This document shows, in pieces, positions 26,118 to 33,939 of a DNA stretch of 42,667 nt (position 1 is its first letter; every line of letters begins with the position of its first letter). The notes under the pieces are model-generated. The model did no database searches. It worked only from the letters and a program-made list of their open reading frames with translations, and had not been told where the DNA came from. Position numbers and translations under genes: made by a program. The stretch lies in the NCBI GenBank assembly GCA_049322915.1, contig JBMOPW010000041.1, forward strand, positions 1 to 42,667, read 5' to 3'. This DNA is from Candidatus Zhuqueibacterota bacterium. Its GTDB lineage: Bacteria; Zhuqueibacterota; Zhuqueibacteria; Thermofontimicrobiales; Thermofontimicrobiaceae.

Positions 26118-28490
26118 CTATCTCAGTAATGCCATCTTCTTAGAACTAACAAAATCACCGGCTTTGATCTGATATAGATAAATTCCCGAGACTACCTGAT
26201 TGCCCCCGTCATCTTTTCCATCCCAATGAATCGTGTAATAACCAGCCGGCTTTTTTTCGTTGATCAATTCCACGATCTCCTGCCCCAGTGAATTGTAGAC
26301 CTGAATCACGACCGGGCAGGTCGTGGGCAGTTGAAAATAGAACGTCGTTCCGGCATTGAATGGATTGGGAAAGTTTTGTAACAGAGCAAATCCATTGGGA
26401 ATTGAGTGTTGAAAAAGTGCAGCGACCTCAGCCACGATGGAGCCCTGTTCCGACCACAAGCTTTCATTTCCAGAAAAATCGATTGCCGACACTTGGTAAC
26501 AGTAACTATGCCCGGAATCAATACGGGCGTCAACGAAGAACGTGTCGCTAGTCGTTCCGTAGGCGATGGCCGTTGCGGGATCGAATCCACTCTCTGTCTC
26601 CCGATAGACTGCGTAGTAATCAAAATCCTCATCAATGACACCGTTCCAGCGGATGACAGCCTGCCAGTCGGTTCCCGATTTATGTTGAGAAATGGTCACT
26701 CCGGTTGGTGGCGACGGCGCGAGGTTGTCCACGGAATAGCCGCTGTCAGGGTCGCTTAGCACAAATTTCCCGGGATCAGAACAATGGGCGGAAACCATGA
26801 ACACGGACCAGGGAATGCCAGCAGCCGTGGAATCCGCCAGCGTCGTTGCGACACAAGCGTATTGGGTAAATTGACAGGCCGGGATCGAGATGACAAAATC
26901 CCAGAGTTCATTATTCGCCGTCATCAGACGACCAATTTTACACTCAGAAGAATTGGTTTGGGGAATCAGTTCGGAAATCCTATGCATCGGATACGATGGT
27001 GATCGTGACAATCCCGTCCGATCAGCGACCCGCCGCCAGATGGCGTAGTGCGTGGTTTCGTGCCGGTTGCTGCGACCGTCAAAATAATCCGGAGCCCAGA
27101 TAATGCGCACTTGTTTGCCCTGATCATTGGCAATATCGGATATCGAATGAATCTTGACAAACACCTTCGCCCCCAACGCCCCGATATTGGCGCCGCTTTC
27201 ACCGGCGCCAATGCACGGAGAATCCGGCAATAAATAATAATCATGGAGATGCGCCGCTGCGATATTGGGATAAAGGATAAATTCGTGGGAGGAAAGCGGC
27301 AGCCCTTTAATCGGACCCTGGCCGTTCTGCCAATAACAATTGTAATCGTGAATAAAATCCGTCGGCGTGCCGGACAGTTCGATCGCTTCGTCAGTGGTCA
27401 GGGTAATGATGTTGTTTTTGATCGTCATTGCCTTGGGATCAGTGCCCAGCGCAATTCCATCGTATCGGTAAACGTTGAGAATGGTATTGTTGATAATCTT
27501 GATGGATTCCGAGTTGTCGATCTGAATGCCATGGAATTCATTGCTATCGATCACACAGTAGGTGACGTCGATCAACTCGCTATTAAAAATTCCAATTCCA
27601 TTGCCATGCCAGGCTGAGAGTTCATCATTATTGTGGATGTAGTTTTTCGTGATCAGGCAGTGGCGGCAATTATCAAGGACGATCCCGGAATGGCCTTTGG
27701 TCACTTCAAAGCCAGCAATTTTACACCAGGAGACATTCTGAAAGCTGATGCAGTTGAAGATTCCCTGATTTCCGGCGGCGGTGATGACGCAGGCATTGCT
27801 GCCATCCTCGTTTCGGGAGCCCAGTAATTGCAGATGATCGATGCGCTCATTGACAATAGTGCTATTGATCTGATAAACGCCCGGCGCGACGGCCACCGTA
27901 TCCCCTTCGCTGGCTGCGTCGATCGCTGCCTGAATCGTCCCATAATCCGCCGGCACGTGAATCACATTCCCGTGCACTGGCAGATACTCTTCAATGACCG
28001 CGATCAGCTCAGCTTCATGATACGATACTTTCAAGTAACGCACGACCATTGTCGGATCGATGATCACGTAGCGCGGAACCATCCACTCCGGACCTCCGTA
28101 ATCGGCCCAGATAAAGGCATCGCGATCCAAAAGCCAGGGGTACGTGATGCTGAGTGAATCGATCCAGGCGGCGACCGTCGCCGCATTTTCACCAATGTTG
28201 ATACCGATGACCTGCAAACCCCGCATTCGATACGGCTGCCAGATGTTATTTTCGACAAGCGGTGTTTCCGAATTGCAGTCGGGGCACCATGTTGTACAAA
28301 AGTGTAGCAGAATACAAGAACCCTGATAATTGTTCAGGGAAACGTTATTCCCGTTGCAGTCCCGGAGCGTGAAATTGGCGACAGTATCCCCCACACTGTA
28401 TTGAGCCAGCGCCAAATCAACAGTGACGAGGAAAAACAGGCTGTTGATTAAAAGGCATGTGATTTTCAGTTTCGAAAAATTTGTCGTCAT
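26118..28490 (-). CDS. Secreted multidomain protein: TlpA/AhpC-TSA redoxin + right-handed beta-helix + FN3-like + T9SS-A/FlgD-like sorting domain
   Basis: Signal peptide; 'NFTLRD.NGNNVSL....G..ILLHF.TTWCPDC'; 'IHVPADYGTIQAAIDAASEGDTVAVAPGVY' plus NN ladders; 'DNLAPSPP..W..DFDYYAVYR..Y.VSAIDFSGNES'; 'LLQNFPNPFN..WDGKD..SGIYLY..KKMALLR'; AAGGAGG RBS. Confidence 0.88.
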   Translation of the reverse strand: MTTNFSKLKITCLLINSLFFLVTVDLALAQYSVGDTVANFTLRDCNGNNVSLNNYQGSCILLHFCTTWCPDCNSETPLVENNIWQPYRMRGLQVIGINIGENAATVAAWIDSLSITYPWLLDRDAFIWADYGGPEWMVPRYVIIDPTMVVRYLKVSYHEAELIAVIEEYLPVHGNVIHVPADYGTIQAAIDAASEGDTVAVAPGVYQINSTIVNERIDHLQLLGSRNEDGSNACVITAAGNQGIFNCISFQNVSWCKIAGFEVTKGHSGIVLDNCRHCLITKNYIHNNDELSAWHGNGIGIFNSELIDVTYCVIDSNEFHGIQIDNSESIKIINNTILNVYRYDGIALGTDPKAMTIKNNIITLTTDEAIELSGTPTDFIHDYNCYWQNGQGPIKGLPLSSHEFILYPNIAAAHLHDYYLLPDSPCIGAGESGANIGALGAKVFVKIHSISDIANDQGKQVRIIWAPDYFDGRSNRHETTHYAIWRRVADRTGLSRSPSYPMHRISELIPQTNSSECKIGRLMTANNELWDFVISIPACQFTQYACVATTLADSTAAGIPWSVFMVSAHCSDPGKFVLSDPDSGYSVDNLAPSPPTGVTISQHKSGTDWQAVIRWNGVIDEDFDYYAVYRETESGFDPATAIAYGTTSDTFFVDARIDSGHSYCYQVSAIDFSGNESLWSEQGSIVAEVAALFQHSIPNGFALLQNFPNPFNAGTTFYFQLPTTCPVVIQVYNSLGQEIVELINEKKPAGYYTIHWDGKDDGGNQVVSGIYLYQIKAGDFVSSKKMALLR

Positions 28491-28715
28491 TGATTGCCCT
28501 CCTTTTTCGAAAGAGTTGTTCGATACTTATTGAATTTACTATGGCAGCGGTGTTTCTAAAAATGCCATTGCGGATCTCGACATTTTGGACCTCTTGCAAA
28601 AGCAGGATGCCGTTCTTTACGAGATCATATAATCAGAAAATACATGAATTTTTTCATGATCAACTCTCTTTGGCTTTACACAAAATTAAATACAAAAAAT
28701 CAAAATGTCGAAATC

Positions 28716-28765
28716 AAAAAAAAACCTGAATCATCTAAAAAACTATTAGAGAAATGATTCAGGTT
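28716..28765 (-). terminator. Intrinsic terminator-like hairpin upstream of the redoxin fusion gene
   Basis: Minus strand AACCTGAATCAT-19 nt-ATGATTCAGGTT followed by a T-run. Confidence 0.6.
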
Positions 28766-28833
28766 CTGATTCAGGTCTGAATGTTTATTGTCTAATTCAT
28801 GTCCGTATCAATTGCGTTTGGATTCTCCTTATC

Positions 28834-28861
28834 AATGTATAAAAAAAACAATGAAAGTCAA
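28834..28861 (-). promoter_or_regulatory. sigma70-type promoter
   Basis: Minus strand TTGACT-16 nt-TACATT. Confidence 0.45.
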
Positions 28862-28947
28862 GCAGTTTTTAAAATCGGATTGCTTCGACGATTTCTTTAT
28901 TCAGTAACGGATGACTTGCCTGTTTCAGTATTTTTTATTCTTGGTCT

Positions 28948-29077
28948 CTAACCTGAATTATTCATGAACTTGCTCAGAATTTGAGTCGACATTCAGATTT
29001 TCAATTGGCTAAAAACTAAGCTATTTTGAAACTCAGTTTTTGTACGCTTATTCTAAAAAGAGCACCATTCAGGTTAG
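28948..29077. mobile_element. 130-bp MITE (copy 1), terminal IR CTAACCTGAAT/ATTCAGGTTAG; may extend to a second IR ending at 29115
   Basis: Near-identical, same-length copy at 42537-42666; perfect 11-bp terminal IR; atgaataatgcaggcta (29099-29115) is also a 15/17 inverted match to the left end. Confidence 0.85.
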
Positions 29078-29188
29078 CCAGCCTCCTTTAAAAATACTAT
29101 GAATAATGCAGGCTAATAACAATTTCATATCGTTATAACTATTATTTTTAAGGCGCCATTTTTTCATCGGGTTGTTTATAAGTTCAAA

Positions 29189-29560
29189 GTAACTATTCAG
29201 CCGCAAAGTCTCTAAGACACAAAGAATTAGTTATATCGAAAAATATTGATTCTGAAAAGCTGAATTTGGTTTTAAAAATGAAATTTAATTTCACAGTATG
29301 AGAATGAGTCGGCGCTAAAAAGGGGCTAACGCCCAAAATCAAAGGTAAAATTCTGTTCCCCGACTTACAAGTCGGGGCTATTCAAGGTATCTAACTTTTT
29401 TTTTCAATGAATTGCCACGTCATTTATGACGTGGAAAAGCTATCATAACCAACGTATCAAAGCCTTTTAAGGCTTTTCAGAGTCGACCCGGGAATGAAAA
29501 TGAAATTGGCATCTTCGTGACTTGGTAACTTTAGGCAAGAATAAATGCCTGAATAATATC
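29189..29560. mobile_element. 372-bp non-autonomous IS66-type MITE with 8-bp target-site duplication
   Basis: AGTTCAAA at 29181-29188 and 29561-29568; left end GTAACTATTCAG, decayed right end CTGAATAATATC; sub-terminal imperfect IR (gccgcaaagtctctaagacacaaag / cttcgtgacttggtaactttaggc). GTAA termini and 8-bp duplications are IS66 traits. Confidence 0.8.
29358..29476. repeat. Three perfect short palindromes (REP-like) inside the IS66-type MITE
   Basis: ccccgactt-ac-aagtcgggg (29358-29377); ccacgtcat-tt-atgacgtgg (29415-29434); aaagcctt-tt-aaggcttt (29459-29476). Confidence 0.75.
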
Positions 29561-29587
29561 AGTTCAAAATATATGCGCACATAGCTA

Positions 29588-32500
29588 TTATTTCACATGG
29601 AGCATCTTTTTTGTCTCGACAAAGGCGCCGGCCTGAATCCGATACAGATACAGCCCGGAATTGAAATGCACTGTGGACAAATGGATACGATGCGTTCCGG
29701 CGTCGAATTGATCCCGGGCCAGCGTTGCAATTTCGCGCCCCAACAGGTCGTAAATTTTGAGCGTGACGAACTCCCGATGCGGCAGCGTAAACAGGATGGT
29801 GGTCGTGGCGTTGAATGGGTTGGGATAATTCTGCGCCAGTGTGTAGCGCTCGGGTTGATGTTCGCTTTCATCTTCTATCACCGGTGTGTTCATCTGAAGT
29901 CCGGCGCCGATCATCAAATCGCGCTTATCCCAGGGATCGCCGTCGTCGATAAAATTGCTCCAGGCCGCGCCATCGAAATACCAGCTTCGGCCGGCATAGG
30001 GAAAATCCTCGTCGTAACCCAGCGACGGTTCCCCGCCGGCCAGCCATTCCATGCTGATGTAGAAATTGCCGGAGTTGATCTGAATATTTTTCGCGGATAA
30101 ATCGACTGTGTTCCAGGCATTGCCCTGCGGCGTGAACGTCACGGGACTGGCGAGCAACGCCGAACCTGGTACACCGGCGCTGCCGTTGTCGTCGATTACA
30201 TTCAGTTTCAGCGAGGCGGCATCTCCGTAAATATAAAAATTGACAAAGCTCAATTTCGCCGGATACGTCGGTGGCGTGAATTCCACGGCCAGGCGCTCGC
30301 CCGCACCTGTGACATACACGCCGCCTTCATGGGTGCCGTCGTCGTAAAATAGCTCTGTGGCGCGGTGATTGTTGATCACTGCATATTTCTCAGCAGCCCG
30401 GCTGGCGCTTTGCCGAAGATCGGAAAGATCGTATCCGGCAGCCAGGGCAATGGTGAAACGTGCGCTTTTGCCGGGCGATAAACTGATCTTCGGGGCTGTC
30501 AGCAAAATGGATAAATCGCCCTGACCGATGGAACCCATGGCCCCCGAGGCATTCATCAACTCGAACATGATTTGATCCAGCAGGTCGCTCGTCTCGTACA
30601 CTGTATTGGCATTGTTAATGATTTTGAATGAATAGGGGGTGGCATTGAGAAGCGCCACTCCAAGATAATCATTGCCTGTGGCGCCGCTGTCCCACATGTA
30701 GCCCAAACGCAGGTCCGAAGCGTATGTGGCGTCGTTGGTTTCGTAGTTCGGCTGGCAGTCCCAATCCATGAGAAATCCTAACAGGAGATTGGTGAGCGTT
30801 GCGTCGCCGTCATTCATAATTTCATAATCCAGCAGAATGAATTGGTCGTACGGCGCAGCATTCCAGGAATAGCTGTGCTGGTTGACCGTGAGATGCGCCA
30901 GACCGTTGGGTGAAGTCAGGTATTTTTCGAACTGGGCGAACGTCTCTGTATCGGCGACCATGCTGGATTCAATGACGCGGGATTTGCCGGTGGCCGTGGT
31001 GCGCCAGGTATCGTCCTCGCAGTGATTGAGATTGCCATAGCTATCGGCCATGTCCTCGCCCCAGACGCCGGCGATGAATGTGCCGCTATAACCATGGTCT
31101 GTGCCGGCGGATTTGGGAAATGTGAATCCCGGATCCCCGCCGCTGGCGTTGCCAACGCCGCCCCAGTCCGATAGCCCGCAATTCACCTTCCCGCTCTCCT
31201 GCTGAAATGCGCTGCCGGCAAGACTCCCTTCGACCAGATCCAGCGCCGCGCTGATGTCCAGCTTGCCATGCCCCCAGTATCGATTCCAGACTGCGCCGGT
31301 ATAATCGTCGATTGTCGCGCTGCTGGTGAGAATATCTTTGAGTTGATCCGGCGTCAACCGGGGATTTTTTTGGAACAGCAGGGCAATCGCGCCGGCCACA
31401 TGAGGCGACGCCATACTCGTTCCCTGCATGAGCGTGTGAACGCCGTCCTCGACAATGCGCGTTTCGCTCGGTTCGCTATCCGCGGAAAGCACCGACGTGA
31501 TGCCGTGGCCGGGAGCGGTGAGTTCCGGTTTTGCCCGGCCATCGCGGGTCGGCCCGGGACTGCTGAAGCTGGAAATGTCCCACAATGCCGGATTCGATGT
31601 GTAGAAATAATGCCCGCCGTCCGAGGCGTCCCATTCGCGCTTGGTGCAATAGGATGCGACAGTGATCGCCTCGCGCGCTGTGCCAGGCACGCTGACGAGC
31701 ATGGTCCAGTCCAGATTGGAAGTGAATTCCACATCCGAGGATGACCAGGCGTCGAAACGGCCGTCGCTGATCTGATTGCCGCGAAGCTGAAAACTCCAAT
31801 CGCCATCTGCCACAGCGGTTCCGGCGTCATCGCTCACATAAATGCAGAAGCAGAAGTCCTGATTTTCAGGAGATTTCGAAGGCGCGATAATCTCAATTTT
31901 CCCAGCATCGGTTTCGTAACTCTGCCAATCCTCGGCGCTGCCAGAAGCAAATGCCGTGGTGGTGTAGCCGTTGGGCGCAGTGACTGTCAGCGTCATTCGG
32001 TCGCTGCCTTCGTGCCAGATATTGATGAAAAAATCCTCGCTGTTCTCCGCGACCGTGAACGTGGTCGTGACCGTTTCCGAAGCGAAGACCTGACCGCTGG
32101 CATGGAGGGGCAAATCACCTTCGTTGCCGGCAGAAATGACGATGGCTTTGCCGGGTCCGACAGCTTCATCAAAAGCCAATTCGTGCAACTCGGTGCCATC
32201 GTGAGCGCCCCAGTGACCGCCAAGGCTGAAATTGATCACCACCGGCCGGCCAAGTTCATCCGCTTTTTGCCTGACATAGGCCGCGCCGTTGATCTGGTTG
32301 TAGGTCGAAAAACTGTAATCCCCGCCTTTCACGAAAATCAAATCAGCCTGAGGCGCCATGCCAATGTACCGTTTCGCCTGATAGCCATTGCCGGTCGCGG
32401 AACCATCGCCGCCGGCAATCCCGGCCACGTGGCTGCCGTGACCATTAATGTCTTTTTCGCGAACCAGCCCGGCCGGGCTGCCATCGATTTCATTATTGAT

Positions 32501-33109
32501 CTGCGCTCGCGTGTATTCTGTGCCATAATCATAGCCGGCCGGATGCGGCCCGGCGTCATCGGTTTGATCCCAGAGATAGAGGATGCGCGAATTCCCCATC
32601 GCATCGATAAAATCCTCGTGCTTCCAATCGATGCCGGAATCGAATATCGCGACCAGCACGCCGTCCCCGCGATACGAAGGATTGCCGTCATAGACTTGAT
32701 CGACTTCCGTGGAAATTCGGCTCACATCCAGGCACGGCGGGATGATTCGGGAAATGTCTATCCACTCGACTTTTGACTCATGCGTCAGATTGAATATGCC
32801 CTGCTGCGTCGCTCGCGCCGTTGCAATGGAGCCGATGGTTGCGCTGATCGAGACGCCTGGGACGTCGAGCGCAGAAGCCGAGTCGCTGAATTTAATGATC
32901 ACGTGATACACCGTTTCGCCCGACTCAGTGGACGTTTCAAATGTGTCGCGATACCGGTCGAGCGCTGCCGCCTGTTTCTTCAAAACAAATTTCAGGCCGG
33001 GTGAACATTTTTGTAATTGCCGATTGGATAACTCCGTCCCGTTACTTTGGATGAATGAAATGCTCAGGAAAATCAATGAAAACATGGAGAACCGGAATAA
33101 CCTGTACAT
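29588..33109 (-). CDS. S8 (subtilisin-like) serine peptidase with accessory domains and C-terminal sorting domain
   Basis: Catalytic triad IFDSGID / HGSHVAGIAG / GTSMASPHVAG; 'SAGNEG'; 'LAQNYPNPFN..KKMLHVK'; ATG 33109 follows GAGGAG (ORF track starts at 33145). Confidence 0.95.
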   Translation of the reverse strand: MYRLFRFSMFSLIFLSISFIQSNGTELSNRQLQKCSPGLKFVLKKQAAALDRYRDTFETSTESGETVYHVIIKFSDSASALDVPGVSISATIGSIATARATQQGIFNLTHESKVEWIDISRIIPPCLDVSRISTEVDQVYDGNPSYRGDGVLVAIFDSGIDWKHEDFIDAMGNSRILYLWDQTDDAGPHPAGYDYGTEYTRAQINNEIDGSPAGLVREKDINGHGSHVAGIAGGDGSATGNGYQAKRYIGMAPQADLIFVKGGDYSFSTYNQINGAAYVRQKADELGRPVVINFSLGGHWGAHDGTELHELAFDEAVGPGKAIVISAGNEGDLPLHASGQVFASETVTTTFTVAENSEDFFINIWHEGSDRMTLTVTAPNGYTTTAFASGSAEDWQSYETDAGKIEIIAPSKSPENQDFCFCIYVSDDAGTAVADGDWSFQLRGNQISDGRFDAWSSSDVEFTSNLDWTMLVSVPGTAREAITVASYCTKREWDASDGGHYFYTSNPALWDISSFSSPGPTRDGRAKPELTAPGHGITSVLSADSEPSETRIVEDGVHTLMQGTSMASPHVAGAIALLFQKNPRLTPDQLKDILTSSATIDDYTGAVWNRYWGHGKLDISAALDLVEGSLAGSAFQQESGKVNCGLSDWGGVGNASGGDPGFTFPKSAGTDHGYSGTFIAGVWGEDMADSYGNLNHCEDDTWRTTATGKSRVIESSMVADTETFAQFEKYLTSPNGLAHLTVNQHSYSWNAAPYDQFILLDYEIMNDGDATLTNLLLGFLMDWDCQPNYETNDATYASDLRLGYMWDSGATGNDYLGVALLNATPYSFKIINNANTVYETSDLLDQIMFELMNASGAMGSIGQGDLSILLTAPKISLSPGKSARFTIALAAGYDLSDLRQSASRAAEKYAVINNHRATELFYDDGTHEGGVYVTGAGERLAVEFTPPTYPAKLSFVNFYIYGDAASLKLNVIDDNGSAGVPGSALLASPVTFTPQGNAWNTVDLSAKNIQINSGNFYISMEWLAGGEPSLGYDEDFPYAGRSWYFDGAAWSNFIDDGDPWDKRDLMIGAGLQMNTPVIEDESEHQPERYTLAQNYPNPFNATTTILFTLPHREFVTLKIYDLLGREIATLARDQFDAGTHRIHLSTVHFNSGLYLYRIQAGAFVETKKMLHVK

Positions 33110-33350
33110 GCTGCGCTCCTCGGAAAAGAGATGAAACCGCTTCAACCATTCAGGCGCGATCTGTCAATGACTGCCTGCCAGTTGCGTGAGAGAAATCGGA
33201 GCGGCCAGCGCAATCCGGTTAAAGTGAATGGAAATCTATTCCAGCCGCTTGCTCCGGCCGGATTGCACGGAACCGCACTCCATCGGGACTATCGATGCCA
33301 GTGGGTTGATCGACGTCCAGGACGAGATTTCAAGGGAAAAAACGAAGCTT

Positions 33351-33379
33351 AGATTACAAAATAATTCCTCAAAAATCAA
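33351..33379 (-). promoter_or_regulatory. sigma70-type promoter for the S8 peptidase
   Basis: Minus strand TTGATT-17 nt-TAATCT. Confidence 0.45.
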
Positions 33380-33939
33380 GAAAAAATTGGGTCATCGAAA
33401 ATTCGCATCGACGGGTGGCGGTGACTACGGACGAGCAACAGTGGATTCAGTGTGAAAATCAATCAGTGGTTTTGAACCTGCCACCGGAAAAACTGAAGAA
33501 TAAACAGCGTAAGCTGTACAACTTTATTATTTAATTCTTGAAATTTTGTATTTCTTTTTGTATTATTATTACGTAAAAATTGAACTGAATTGCACGCAAA
33601 GAAGTCGCGATTAGCAGCATCATCGGAGGCCCGAGCCTGGTGCATTCGTCATGACGAGGCTGGCGCAACAAAGCCGGCGACCTTCCCGACCAGGCGGCGA
33701 GAGAGTCAGGCGCACTTTTTAATTTCCCCGGCATTCTACATTGATCAAACGTGTTCGCTCCATGGACGAAAAAGCGCGCGAATGATTTGCTATTATGAAA
33801 AGCCTTCCAGATGTTCATCATCCTTGAGCCACAACATCGCGCTGGCGGTGTATCCAGCAAGGGGAATGGATACTACATCGTTCGGAACAAATCTCTACAA
33901 ACCGGCACACGTATTCTGTCGACCGGATAGGAATTTCCA

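Noticed and set aside
28260..28310. Selenocysteine in the redoxin active site
   Set aside because: The frame is open with ordinary Cys codons (WCPDC) and no in-frame TGA.
28594..28612. sigma54 promoter upstream of the redoxin fusion
   Set aside because: GG to TTGC spacing is 12 nt rather than the required 10.
29320..29480. Integron attC site
   Set aside because: No integron integrase or cassette array, and no matched RYYYAAC/GTTRRRY boxes; better explained as MITE-internal palindromes.
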